Below the pieces are notes generated by a model. It had not been told where the DNA came from. It made no database searches and worked only from the letters and a program-made list of their open reading frames with translations. 64,000 nucleotides of DNA from Myxococcota bacterium (GTDB lineage Bacteria; Myxococcota_A; Polyangia; Nannocystales; Nannocystaceae). Positions 1-12,845 of this stretch are shown one piece after another. The position numbers and the translations under genes were made by a program. The stretch is taken from contig JBCCHT010000011.1 of assembly GCA_039028615.1 (NCBI GenBank), positions 128,001 through 192,000 of the forward strand, given 5' to 3'. The stretch's first letter is position 1. Each line of letters starts with the position of its first letter.

Positions 1-266
1 TGTTTCGGACCGTCTTGCGTCGCCGGGTCGACCGGTGGACGGGCCGGATTTTCACCGTCGTCACGTTCGCCGACCGCTGCGGTCACGGCCGGCGTCTCGC
101 CTTGTCGAGACGAGCCGTTTCCGCCCGTACAAGCACAAGCGAGCATCGCCCCCCACCACCAATGTCGCGGCCTCATCATCACCGAGACTAGCAGGCTGTG
201 GTGTCGGCGAGGCCGCGTCCCCTGTACCATCGCCTTCCCCTTTTCACATACCCACGAGGTTTCTCC

Positions 267-2759
267 GTGAAGAAAGTCGTCCGCAACGCCGCCTACCAGG
301 CCTACCTCGATGCCAATGAAACCCTCGATCTCGGAACGCGCCTGAAGTCGGTTCGCGACGAGCCGCTGACGCCCGGCGGCCGCGCCCGCATGACGCTCTT
401 CGAGCGCGTCTCGGGCGGTCGCCCTCACCCCCGCATGCAGTTCTCCTTCGTGGAGGTCGAGGATCCGAACCCGCCCGGGCCCCTCTTCACGCCAGACAAG
501 GCTCCGACCAATGCCACCGAGCTGCGCGCCGCCATCGGCAACACGCGCTCGCAGCACGCCGAGACGCTGGCGCTCAAGGACCTCGAGGGCAAGGAGCCCA
601 AGCAGAGCCGCCAGTACTGGCGCAACCGCATCCGGGCCAACCGCTGCGCGGCGCTCTTCGAGGAGGTCCGCGCCAAGGTCGCCGGCTGGGTCGACGACGG
701 CTCCATCGACGCGGCGCAGCACAACGCCTGCAAGCTGGCCATCGCCGAGCAAGAGGACGAGGCCTTCGCCGGACGCATCACCTACGACAACGAGGACACG
801 AAGACCTACCACAGCTACAAGAAGGACGCGCCCTTCGTCCACTACCTCGAGGAGATCCTGAAGTCGCTGCCCGAGGAAGGTAGCGAGGCCATGGCCGTGT
901 CGTACTCGGCCACGCGGGAGTCGATCCGTCGCCAGCGCGAGCAGGCGCGTCGCCACCTCGACTACCTCATGCGCAACAAGTACGCGTACGAGGTCATCGT
1001 CGAGACCGACATCGAAAAGACCCTGGGCGGCTTCCTCATCGACCGGGCGAGCCGACGCATCGTCTCCGAGACGCCCGACTCCGATCCGCTGGAGCCGAGC
1101 TACGAGCTTTTGCGCATCAAGCCGAGCGCCGAGCACCCGCACGCGGGCAAGTGGCTGTACCGCACGCCCCAAGGCACCCTGCACCTGCAGACCCACGAGA
1201 AGGTCGAGGTCGACGCGTCGCTCGTCCGCTCCACGCCGCGCGACATCGAGGAGCTCACCTTCCGCCGCGCGCCCAAGGACCCCAACCTTCGCCAGGGCAT
1301 CCGGTTCGACTGGGACGAGAGCGGATGGGTCCAGCAAGACCGCGTGGACTGGGTCTCGTGGGCCGGCCACTGCGACCTCAAGGCGGTCGTCGAGGCGCTG
1401 GGCGTCACCCTCACCTGGGAGCCCAAGCCGGGCATCGAGGAGTACCGCTCCGACACTGGGAAGAAGACCAACTACAACCGAGACCTGCTGCTCGAGATGG
1501 TCGCCAGCATCCTGGAGTTCGGCTCGGTGCACAGCTACATCGACGGCACCGGTCGGTACTCCAAGGGCATCCACCACTTCGGTGGCTCGCGCAACGACAG
1601 CCACCCCGACCGCCTGCAGTTCAAGGGTCTGTCGCAGGGCCGCAGCTTCCGCTGGCCGCTCGGCGGTCGCCAGGACGTGTTCCGCATCAGCGGCATCGAG
1701 CTGCCCAACGGCGACAAGCCCGACATGGGCACCGTGTTCTTCCGGCACCTGCCCGACACCGAGAAGGTCTCGTTCGCGCCCAACCCCCGCTACATCAAGA
1801 CCGTCGAGGGTGACTACAACATCATCGACGTGTCCGGGTCCAAGCTCGAGGCGCGGATCAAGGTCGACGTGTTCGACGAGAGCACCGGGTACCCGATCCA
1901 GAAGTCGGAGACCACCACCATCGATCTCCGCGACAACGCCGAGGGCGGCGCCGATCGGCGGGACTTCCTGGGCACGCACATCGAGGACGTGGCCACCCGC
2001 AAGCTGTTCCGCGTGTACTACGTGCCCAAGGACAGCTCGATCGTCGCCGAGATGCACCAGTACACCGAAAAGGACGGCAAGTGGGTCAGCTCGCCGCTGC
2101 CCGACGAGAACACGGTGGTCAAGCTGGTCGAGCCGCTCAACTGCACGCTGAGCCGCGAGATGAAGCGCGATGATCCCTCGCAGTTCACCGCCCTGCTGGA
2201 CATCGCCCAGCGTCAAGCCAAGAACATCTGTGCCGATACCGACAAGGAGTCGGCGGTGTGGAACGGCGTGGTCACCTCGATCGACACGCAGAAGCTCGGC
2301 GCCAACGCGGAGGCCCGCACCGAGCACTGGAAGGTCGACATCAAGGCACGCTTCGGCGACGCCTCGCTCGAGTACCTGGTGCGCCGCGGCGAGGACGGCA
2401 CCCCCGAGGCCTACTGCCCCGCCACCTCCGACCGCCACTGGGGACGCTGGCCCGACTTTCTGTGGCAGGACATCCCGGACGTGTGCACCAAGGGCCTCGA
2501 CGAGGGCGAGTGGGTCGTCAACGAGACCATGCTGGAGCGCGAGTTCATCGAGGTCCGCCCCGACGACTCGCTGGCCTCCGGCTTCTTCGTCTTCGATGAC
2601 CACGTCAAGAACGTGTACGAGCTGATCTGGGGAGGCCTGGCCGGCTACACCCACACCATCGTCCACGAGAACAAGCGCTACGGCTTCAAGTCCAAAGAGA
2701 CCTGGCAAGCGGCGGTGGACAAGGTCGAGGCCCTGCGCCAGGCCCTGAGCTTCAAGTAG
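267..2759 (+). CDS. Large hypothetical protein, transglutaminase-elicitor (GP42)-like cysteine-enzyme motifs
   Basis: ORF with host-like codon usage; GTG at 267 after GAGGT. Motifs SWAGHC, DPSQF, ADTDKESAVWNGVV and WPDFLW resemble the TGase-elicitor motifs W.G.C, NP..F, VWNQPV and HPDFLW. Confidence 0.6.
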   Translation: MKKVVRNAAYQAYLDANETLDLGTRLKSVRDEPLTPGGRARMTLFERVSGGRPHPRMQFSFVEVEDPNPPGPLFTPDKAPTNATELRAAIGNTRSQHAETLALKDLEGKEPKQSRQYWRNRIRANRCAALFEEVRAKVAGWVDDGSIDAAQHNACKLAIAEQEDEAFAGRITYDNEDTKTYHSYKKDAPFVHYLEEILKSLPEEGSEAMAVSYSATRESIRRQREQARRHLDYLMRNKYAYEVIVETDIEKTLGGFLIDRASRRIVSETPDSDPLEPSYELLRIKPSAEHPHAGKWLYRTPQGTLHLQTHEKVEVDASLVRSTPRDIEELTFRRAPKDPNLRQGIRFDWDESGWVQQDRVDWVSWAGHCDLKAVVEALGVTLTWEPKPGIEEYRSDTGKKTNYNRDLLLEMVASILEFGSVHSYIDGTGRYSKGIHHFGGSRNDSHPDRLQFKGLSQGRSFRWPLGGRQDVFRISGIELPNGDKPDMGTVFFRHLPDTEKVSFAPNPRYIKTVEGDYNIIDVSGSKLEARIKVDVFDESTGYPIQKSETTTIDLRDNAEGGADRRDFLGTHIEDVATRKLFRVYYVPKDSSIVAEMHQYTEKDGKWVSSPLPDENTVVKLVEPLNCTLSREMKRDDPSQFTALLDIAQRQAKNICADTDKESAVWNGVVTSIDTQKLGANAEARTEHWKVDIKARFGDASLEYLVRRGEDGTPEAYCPATSDRHWGRWPDFLWQDIPDVCTKGLDEGEWVVNETMLEREFIEVRPDDSLASGFFVFDDHVKNVYELIWGGLAGYTHTIVHENKRYGFKSKETWQAAVDKVEALRQALSFK

Positions 2760-2973
2760 GAGCGAATCCCACCATCCTTGGCCCGAACGAACCGGGCCGG
2801 AGAATCGTCGAGGCGCTGCGGATCTGGCCGCAGCGCCTCTTTTCGTGGGCCGAACGCTGGTTCTCTGGATTTTCGACCTCGCAGTCGTGACTTGTCCCGC
2901 GATCGCGGCCCTCCGGTAAACCCTGGTTCTTTGCGGCGTGGCGAGGGCTGCGGTGCTAGCGTGCACGGCGGTC

Positions 2974-4284
2974 ATGCCCGACGAGCGGGAAACGACCCTG
3001 CCATCGACTTCCGACGGCTCGGACGAGTCCGACGAGCGACTCGCATTGGTTTGCATCGGCTCGCCGGAGCGTGATTTCGCCCATGCGGGCGCGGTGTACC
3101 GATTGTCGGGCGTCGGCCGGGTTCGCTTCGGCCGCTCCGTCGATCAGAAGTGGGACCACGGGCAGCGCGACGGCGTGGTGGAGATCGCCGTGCCCCTGCC
3201 GTGGGTCAGCAGCGTGCATGCCGAGCTCCACCTCGACGGCCCGCGCCTTCGCATCGTCGACTGCGGCAGCCGCAACGGCACGCTGGTCGAGAACAAGCGC
3301 ATCGGGACCCAAGCCGGCCTGAGCGTGGGGCGGGTCTTCGAGATCGGCCGCTCGTTTTGGATGCTGCGTCGGGTTCGTTCCACCGTCGATCCGACCGAGC
3401 CGGGCCAGACGCCGCGCTTCGCCTGCAACGAGGTCCGCACGCTCCAGCGGGTCATTGCCCGCCTCGCTCCCAGCACCGTGCCCATCCTGCTGTACGGCGA
3501 GACGGGCACGGGCAAGGAACGACTGGCGCGGGCGATCCACGTCCGCAGCGGTCGCGAGGGCCCCTTCATCCCCGTCAACGTCGCCGGCTCCATCGAGCGG
3601 CTGCTGCAAGGCCGGGCCGAGCGCCTGCTCGCCGCCCGTGGCGGCACCCTGTATCTCGACGACGTGGGCGAGCTGGCCCCCGAGGACCAGACCAAGCTGA
3701 CCTCGGCGCTCATGAGCCATGCCCACGAGTCCCGCGAAGAGGGCCACGACGCTCAGATTCGTCTGGTCTCGTCGAGTACCCGCGACCTGCGGACCATGGT
3801 CGAGGCTGGCACCTTCCGACCCGATCTGTTGGGGCGCCTGGCCGGCTACGAAGCGCGGCTGCCTCCGCTGCGAGAGCGTCGCGAAGACCTGGGCTTGCTC
3901 GCCATGGACGTCCTGCGTCGCCAGGCCAAGGGCGGCCCCGTCCCGCGCCTGTCCAGCGCCGTGTTTCGCTCGATGCTCGAGCACCCCTGGCCCTTCAACC
4001 TGCGGGAGCTCGAGCACTCGCTGATGGCCGCGCGCACGCTGGTCGAAGGGGAGCCGGGGGAGATCGACCTCGAGATCTGGAAGCAGGTGTGCTGGAAGGT
4101 CGAGGGCGGCGACCCGTCGCCGTCGCGCGTCGAAGCGGTCCGCCGTGAGCTCGTGCAGCAGCTCGCCCGGCACCGCGGCCAGCTCGACGCCGTCGCTCAG
4201 GCCCTGCAGTGCGAAGTCGAAGACGTGCAGCGCTGGGCCGAGCGATTCTCGCTCCGACCCGAGCGGTACCGCGACGCGGGCTGA
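2974..4284 (+). CDS. FHA-domain sigma54-activator-like AAA+ regulator (no GAFTGA loop)
   Basis: FHA motifs GR..VSSVHA..SRNGT; Walker A GETGTGKE; LYLDDVGEL; FRPDL; WPFNLREL; C-terminal HTH-like segment. Start is uncertain (2938 or 2974). Confidence 0.85.
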   Translation: MPDERETTLPSTSDGSDESDERLALVCIGSPERDFAHAGAVYRLSGVGRVRFGRSVDQKWDHGQRDGVVEIAVPLPWVSSVHAELHLDGPRLRIVDCGSRNGTLVENKRIGTQAGLSVGRVFEIGRSFWMLRRVRSTVDPTEPGQTPRFACNEVRTLQRVIARLAPSTVPILLYGETGTGKERLARAIHVRSGREGPFIPVNVAGSIERLLQGRAERLLAARGGTLYLDDVGELAPEDQTKLTSALMSHAHESREEGHDAQIRLVSSSTRDLRTMVEAGTFRPDLLGRLAGYEARLPPLRERREDLGLLAMDVLRRQAKGGPVPRLSSAVFRSMLEHPWPFNLRELEHSLMAARTLVEGEPGEIDLEIWKQVCWKVEGGDPSPSRVEAVRRELVQQLARHRGQLDAVAQALQCEVEDVQRWAERFSLRPERYRDAG

Positions 4285-4377
4285 ACGCCGGCCCACCAGT
4301 GGGCCACCCGGTCCACCCACGGGCCACCCTGCGACTCGAGCCGACGCGCATCTGCTCGGGATCTCAGCAACTCGATC

Positions 4378-5460
4378 TTGGCCCGGTCGTTGCTCTTACG
4401 AGGGCCCGTGGGTCCTTCAACATCATCAACCAATCCATTCGAAGCGTTCTGCACTCGCGACCCGGTCCTGCTGCGTACGCGTCAGAGCCTTCGTACGTGG
4501 TCCCAGCGACCGTTGGACGTGCTCGTGGTCGGTGAGTCGGGCGTGGGCAAGTCCCTCGTCGCACGCCTGGTTCATCTTGGATCAGCCGCCGCCAATTCGA
4601 CGCCGCAGGTCCATCCCGCGGTCGATCCGAGCGGGGTGGCCCACTGGTGGGCCACCCTCGAGGGCGCCGCCGAGACGTGGGTGATCGACGACCTGGAACG
4701 ATGGCCCCTCGATCGACAGGCCGCGATGGTCGAGGCGCTGACGAAGGCCAAAGAGCAGGCCCCGCGTCTGGTCGTGCTCAGTCGAGTCCCAGCGTCGCGG
4801 CTGCTCGACGAGGGGCGGCTGCTGCCCGCGCTCGCGCAACGCTGGGGCGCCCGCGAGGCCGTGCTGCCTCCGCTGCGGGCGCGACCCGACGACCTCGCCC
4901 CAATCGTGGGCGCCATGCTCCGCCAGGCGGGTCGTCCCGGCCTGCGCCTCGAGCCCGATGCATGGCGAGCGCTGGCCCGGCACGGCTGGCCCGACAACGT
5001 CCGAGAGCTCCGCAAGGTCATCGACGATGCGTTGGCTCGTGTGCATGGCCCCCACCTCGGCGCGGCCATGCTCCGCCTCGACCCGCTGGCGCCGCCCTCC
5101 CTCGAGGACCTCGGCGACCGCTCGTTCCGGGCGCTACGGCAGCAGGTCGAGGGCTGGTACCTGCGGCGGCTCCTGCACCAGACGAACGGCAACATCAGCG
5201 AAGCAGCCCGTCGCGCCGGGTGCTCCCGCAAGGTGCTGCGCGATCGCCTGCGTCGCAACGGGCTCTATCCCCCCGTGGCCGCCCCCGCGGTGGAGGTCGG
5301 CGCCCCGCCGTGTGCACGCGAGCCCGCCGTGCTCCACCGGGGCATGCTGTGGTGCGCCGAGCCTCAGTCGCGGCGATGGGGCCGACGTCGCCGCCACATC
5401 GCGAGCAGGCCCATCAGGCCCAAGCCCATCAGTCCTCGCCCGGTCTCGTCTGCGCTCTGA
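4378..5460 (+). CDS. Degenerate sigma54-activator-like AAA+ regulator with Fis-type HTH
   Basis: GESGVGKS, LPPLRARPDD, WPDNVREL, GNISEAARRAG. Start is uncertain. Confidence 0.75.
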   Translation: MARSLLLRGPVGPSTSSTNPFEAFCTRDPVLLRTRQSLRTWSQRPLDVLVVGESGVGKSLVARLVHLGSAAANSTPQVHPAVDPSGVAHWWATLEGAAETWVIDDLERWPLDRQAAMVEALTKAKEQAPRLVVLSRVPASRLLDEGRLLPALAQRWGAREAVLPPLRARPDDLAPIVGAMLRQAGRPGLRLEPDAWRALARHGWPDNVRELRKVIDDALARVHGPHLGAAMLRLDPLAPPSLEDLGDRSFRALRQQVEGWYLRRLLHQTNGNISEAARRAGCSRKVLRDRLRRNGLYPPVAAPAVEVGAPPCAREPAVLHRGMLWCAEPQSRRWGRRRRHIASRPIRPKPISPRPVSSAL

Positions 5461-7799
5461 GCCCGGCAGGCACAGCCCGCCCCGCCCGAGCGCCCGGTGG
5501 CGTCCTTGGGCGTGGCCTCGGCCAGCGGCGTGCCCACCAGGCCTCCGCCCGCGGCGGGATCGGCTGGGGCTCCGTTCGCCCCGGCACCCGCCGCTCCGTT
5601 GCCACCCGCAGAGGCGCTGCCGCCCGCGGCCGCGCTGGGCGGGGGCGCATCCCGCTTATCGGCGACGCCCAGCTCCTCGAGCAGGGCCCCCGCATCGGCC
5701 ACCTCGTCGAGCACCCACAGCACGTAGCGCACGTCGACGATCACGTTGCGCGAGCGCGCCGTGTTGTAGCCGAAGTCCCCGGCGATGTTCTCCCACACCC
5801 GGTCGAAGTTGAGGCCCACGAAGCGGCCCTGGCCGTCGATGACCGGGCTGCCCGAGTTGCCGCCGGTCGTGTCGCCATTGGACAGGAAGTCGACCGGCAC
5901 ATCACCGAGCGCGGGATCGACCCAGTAGGTGCTCGTCGACTTGGCGGCCGCCTGCTGGACGGACTCGGGCAGGTTGAACGGATCCTCGCCCGTGTGCTTG
6001 GCCACCATGCCAGCCACCACCGTCTGCGGCGTGGCGAACAGCCCGTCGCGAGGCGAGTAGCCCTTGACGCTCGCGTAGCTGAACCGAAGCGTGCCGTTGG
6101 CATCGGGGTACACGGGGCCGCCACGCACCTTCTCGAGCATCTCGAAGTAGCGGGGCCCCAGCACCAGCATCTCGCCCTTTTGCCGGTCGCGACGGTCCTG
6201 GAGCTTCTCGATCGCCTCGACCATCTCGTGGGCGAGCATCAGCATGGGGTCGCGGCTCGCCGCCAGCGCCTCGGCATCGGCCGCATCGAAGGCCGCCTTC
6301 ACGAACGCCTCGTCGGTCACCTTGGTGGACCGCAGCATCCGCTCGAGGTCAGTGCTCTTGAACCCGGTCACCCGCTCGGTCGGGGGCAGAGCCTCGATGC
6401 GGGCAAACAGACGCAGCAACAGGTCGAGGTCGACCTTGGCGTCGTAGTCCCGCAGCCGCCGCTGCTGGCTCTGCCACAGCCTCCGCTCGCCTCGCTCCTG
6501 GTACTTCGAGCGACGCTCGAGGTCGGGCTTGGCCTGCTCGCGAGCGCGACGCACCAAGTCGATGGCGACCGCCAGCGCTCGCGACCCCCGGGTGGAGTTG
6601 TCGAGCACGAAGTCGCGTTCGAAGTTGTCGCGTCGCACCGCGCTCAGATCGGCCAGGCCCTCCAGCACCCCGGCGTAGGCGTCGCCCTGCTCGGCCGCCC
6701 AGGTGGTCAGCGCCTCCTGCTCCTTCTTGCGCGCCTCCAGCAGGCGATTGCGACGAATCCCGTCGATCATCCCACGGGCGTTCTTGTGGCGGTTGGCCAG
6801 GCTGCGCAGGGTGGCCGCGACCTTGATCTTCACCGCTGGGTCGGCCGCGCCGTGCCGCTCGAGCACCTCGATCCACTCCCCATAAAGCGCCACGCGCGAG
6901 GGCAGGAACTGCTCGAGCTGCCGCTCCATCTCCACCGCGGGCAGGTAGCGGTTGGTGCGTCCCGGGTAGCCCAAGATCGCCACGAAGTCGCCGGGCGAGA
7001 CCCCGCGCGGCGCCACCTCGAAGTGCTGCTTGGGCTCATACGGCACGTTGTCGGTGGAGTACGCGGCCGGCTTGCCGTCGGGCCCGACGTAGGCGCGCAT
7101 CAGGGTGAAGTCCCCCGCGTGCCGGGGCCACATCCAGTTGTCGACCTCTCCGCCGTAGTTGCCGATCGACGAGGGCGGGGCATACACCACGCGAACGTCC
7201 AGCAGCTCGAGGTAGCGCAGCAGCTGGTACTCGTAGCCGTTGTAGAACTCGGCCACCTGGCAGTAGTCGCCGGGATGGTCCTTCTCGCACTGAGCCACCA
7301 TCTCGGCACGAGCCTTGTCGACGACCAGCGCCCGCTTGGTGGGGTCGGGCTCGGCTTCGGCCAGCGCCCGGATCTTCTCGGTCACGTCCTCGGAGGACTC
7401 GAGCACCTTGACCGTGCTGCCCTCCGCCTTCAGCTCGTCGGCGTGGGTCGAGGCATAGAAGCCGTCGCGCAGGTAGTCGTGCTCGACCGAGCTGCCCGCC
7501 TGGATCGCCCCGTAGGCACAGTGATGGTTGGTCGCCACCAAGCCCCGCGAGGACACGAAGCCCGCCGAGCACCCCGACAGGTTCACCGCCGCCCGCATGA
7601 GCCCGCCGTCCTTCGGGTTCCACAGGGTCCGCGAGTCGATGCGCAGCCCCATGTCCCGTAGCTTGGTCTGGTCGAGCTTGGGGATCTGTTTGGGCATCCA
7701 CTGCCCCTCGTCCGCTCGTCCCGTGGTGGTGAGGGCGAGCCCCAGCATCACCACCGAACCCATCAAAGCGCCGCGAAACGACCGTCCGTGCCCATTCAT
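5364..7799 (-). CDS. S46 family dipeptidyl peptidase (DPP7/DPP11-like) with MYXO-CTERM-like tail
   Basis: Signal peptide then ADEGQWMP, GCSAGFVS, TNHHC, DNWMWPRH, YPDANGTLR, DTTGGNSGSP, GLNFD. C-terminal GCAC-hydrophobic-RRRR. Confidence 0.92.
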   Translation of the reverse strand: MNGHGRSFRGALMGSVVMLGLALTTTGRADEGQWMPKQIPKLDQTKLRDMGLRIDSRTLWNPKDGGLMRAAVNLSGCSAGFVSSRGLVATNHHCAYGAIQAGSSVEHDYLRDGFYASTHADELKAEGSTVKVLESSEDVTEKIRALAEAEPDPTKRALVVDKARAEMVAQCEKDHPGDYCQVAEFYNGYEYQLLRYLELLDVRVVYAPPSSIGNYGGEVDNWMWPRHAGDFTLMRAYVGPDGKPAAYSTDNVPYEPKQHFEVAPRGVSPGDFVAILGYPGRTNRYLPAVEMERQLEQFLPSRVALYGEWIEVLERHGAADPAVKIKVAATLRSLANRHKNARGMIDGIRRNRLLEARKKEQEALTTWAAEQGDAYAGVLEGLADLSAVRRDNFERDFVLDNSTRGSRALAVAIDLVRRAREQAKPDLERRSKYQERGERRLWQSQQRRLRDYDAKVDLDLLLRLFARIEALPPTERVTGFKSTDLERMLRSTKVTDEAFVKAAFDAADAEALAASRDPMLMLAHEMVEAIEKLQDRRDRQKGEMLVLGPRYFEMLEKVRGGPVYPDANGTLRFSYASVKGYSPRDGLFATPQTVVAGMVAKHTGEDPFNLPESVQQAAAKSTSTYWVDPALGDVPVDFLSNGDTTGGNSGSPVIDGQGRFVGLNFDRVWENIAGDFGYNTARSRNVIVDVRYVLWVLDEVADAGALLEELGVADKRDAPPPSAAAGGSASAGGNGAAGAGANGAPADPAAGGGLVGTPLAEATPKDATGRSGGAGCACRAQSADETGRGLMGLGLMGLLAMWRRRRPHRRD

Positions 7800-7860
7800 T
7801 GGTGCCCGGACCCTATCATCATTGATTGGCCCGCGGCCGAGCATCGGGCACGATCGAGGG

Positions 7861-8442
7861 GTGAAGACCGATTCCGTCGCCCGGGTCGCCCCAGCCACCC
7901 GCCGCTGGCTTCTGGCCAACGCCCGCGACGCCCTGGCGAAGGCCCTGCAGACCCCCGCCCCGCCGCTGCCCCCGGCGCCCGACGACCCCATCCTCGACGA
8001 GCCCGCCCGCATGTTCGTGTCGTGGCACGAGGGAACGCGGCTGGTGGGATGCATCGGGGTCCTCGAGCCGCGGGAGACGGTGCGGGAGGGAACGCGGCGG
8101 CTCGCCGTGCAATCCGGGCTCCACGATCACCGCACGCCCATGCCCGCCGCCACCGACCTGCCGCGCCTGCACGCGGAGATCTCCATCCTCACGCCGCCCG
8201 AGCCCATGGCCGAACGCGGCCTGGCCGAGATCGCCGCGGCGCTGGTCCCGGGCCGAGACGGGCTGGTCCTCCACGACGGGGCCAAGCGCGCCGTGTTCCT
8301 CCCCGTGGTGTGGAACAGCCTCACGACCCCCGCCGCGTTCGTCACCGCGCTGTGTCGCAAGGCCGGGATCGACCCCCAGGTTCGCGCCGAGCATGTCCGC
8401 GGCGAGCGATTCTTCGCCGAGGAATTCAGCGAGCCGCACTGA
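7861..8442 (+). CDS. amrA: AMMECR1-domain protein (AmmeMemoRadiSam protein A-like)
   Basis: FVSW..LVGCIG, EISILTPP, PGRDGLVL, AVFLPVVW, LCRKAG; GTG start at 7861. Confidence 0.85.
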   Translation: MKTDSVARVAPATRRWLLANARDALAKALQTPAPPLPPAPDDPILDEPARMFVSWHEGTRLVGCIGVLEPRETVREGTRRLAVQSGLHDHRTPMPAATDLPRLHAEISILTPPEPMAERGLAEIAAALVPGRDGLVLHDGAKRAVFLPVVWNSLTTPAAFVTALCRKAGIDPQVRAEHVRGERFFAEEFSEPH

Positions 8443-8445
8443 GTC

Positions 8446-9834
8446 TCAGCCGGGGTTGGGCACGGCCCAGGCTTCGAACACCGGAGTGATGTCTTCGCCC
8501 GCGATCGTCTCGAAGCGGTCGTGGTTGAAGGTCCACGCCAGCGGCCCCGAAGGCACGATCACCGGATCGACCGCGTTCAGCTCGGCGAAGAACGCCTGAT
8601 AAAACGCCCAGTCGTAGGTGTACTGGAACTGCAGGAGGAAGCACAGGCCGTCCCACGCGTCCCACTGCTCGTAGGCCACGGGCTCGCTGCCCGGGCACCC
8701 CGCCACCTGCTCGTGCAGCGGCACGCCCAAGGCCTCGAGCGCGTAGATCGAAAACAGGTTGGGCCACGACTCGAGCGAGTTCTCCTGGTACCACCACAGG
8801 CGACCGGCGAAGGTGAAGTCGTGGCCCAGCTCGTGGGCAAAGCCCCAGATGTCCACCCCGGGCATGCCCGCCAGCGAGATGCGATCGGAGAAGTCGGGCT
8901 GCACCAACACGGGCTGCATGCGCACTGGGTTGCCCGCCAGCATGTAGCCCAGCGGGGTCACGTCGGGATCGGGGAAGAACCGGATGCGCTGCCCGTGCTG
9001 GGGAAGAGCGCCGCGGAGCTCCTCTTCGAGCTCGTAGATCTCGTCGAGGATCGCCACCGAGGCCTCCAGCGCGGCCGCGTCCTGCCCCGCGGTGCTCGTG
9101 GGCAAGGTCAGCAACACGTGGTCGCCGCGGATCTCGACCCAGCCCGACGCGACCTCGTCGAAGGGGTACTCGGCCGCGAGCACCGACTCCACCGTGGGTA
9201 CGGTGGCACCGTCGCTGGTCACCGTCACCGTCTTGAAGCCCTCGGCCGCGACCCGGGCCTCGTAGGTCTCGCCGAGATCGTTTTCGGGTAGCCCGCCCAC
9301 GAACAGGATCCCGTCCTTGTCCGCGGTGAACACCACCTCGCCATCCACACAGGTCAGCGCCGGATCTTTGTAGTGCAGGCCGATGCGGGCCACGAGGTCG
9401 CCGATGAAGCACGGGCCATGATCGATGGGGTCGCCCGTGTTGATGTTGACGAACCAGGACCCCTCCTCGCTGATGGTGGCCGTGTCGCCCGCCTGCATGA
9501 ACAGCCCGGTGTTCACCCAGTTCTGGGCGGCGGGGACCTCGAAGGTCATCGAGCCGTAGGGCCCCCCGGGCGGCACGGGTAGGCACGTCCAGGGGCCTTC
9601 GCCGCACGGCTCGTCCACGGGGGAGTCCCCGGTCGTCGAGCCCGACGACGACTCGTCTCCGCCCGTGGTATCCGCGGCCGTCGTGTTCTCGGGGGTCGCG
9701 GGTGCGCCCGTCGTCTCGCCGCCCGAGCCCGAGCCTCCCGTGCTCTCGGCCGAACCGGGCTCCGCTCCGCCTTCGCTGGTGTTGCACGCGAGCGAAAGAG
9801 CGACAGCAACGACGAGCCACGACGAAGTACGCAC
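8446..9834 (-). CDS. Lipoprotein with lectin-like domain and M60-like zinc metallopeptidase domain
   Basis: Lipobox LSLAC and Thr/Gly linker; WVNTG..GDLVARIG (LecA/PA-IL-like); WGFAHELGH followed by ESWPNLFS (M60-like). Confidence 0.7.
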   Translation of the reverse strand: MRTSSWLVVAVALSLACNTSEGGAEPGSAESTGGSGSGGETTGAPATPENTTAADTTGGDESSSGSTTGDSPVDEPCGEGPWTCLPVPPGGPYGSMTFEVPAAQNWVNTGLFMQAGDTATISEEGSWFVNINTGDPIDHGPCFIGDLVARIGLHYKDPALTCVDGEVVFTADKDGILFVGGLPENDLGETYEARVAAEGFKTVTVTSDGATVPTVESVLAAEYPFDEVASGWVEIRGDHVLLTLPTSTAGQDAAALEASVAILDEIYELEEELRGALPQHGQRIRFFPDPDVTPLGYMLAGNPVRMQPVLVQPDFSDRISLAGMPGVDIWGFAHELGHDFTFAGRLWWYQENSLESWPNLFSIYALEALGVPLHEQVAGCPGSEPVAYEQWDAWDGLCFLLQFQYTYDWAFYQAFFAELNAVDPVIVPSGPLAWTFNHDRFETIAGEDITPVFEAWAVPNPG

Positions 9835-9974
9835 GGCTCGAACCCTACCCCAGCGCCAACGCCTCGGCCTGCGCTGCACCCCACCGCGATTACACGGCGG
9901 CGCGCCGAGCCCCAACGCAACCGCGCCGCGACGCCGTGGGTACGGCGCGCGGCGATGTTGGCGGCACGCATCGA

Positions 9975-12665
<2,691 letters not shown>

Positions 12666-12845
12666 CACTCCAAATGCTCCCCCGCTTCGCCTCCGTTTCA
12701 CGAAGGCTCGGCGAGCGAAGCTTGCAACGCAGGGACGTCGTTGTCGAATGAACGACACCGACCGAGCGTCGAGCCGACCGCGCGTCATTTCCGGTTCCAA
12801 CGCGCGCACGCCCTCGCTTTCGCCCCACGCTATGCTCCCCGCGCC

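Noticed and set aside
4647..7661. 1004-aa ORF and similar long overlapping ORFs (e.g. 9702-12644, 15675-18716, 40378-43908)
   Set aside because: These are antisense or off-frame shadows of well-supported genes, typical of high-GC DNA, with no recognisable motifs.
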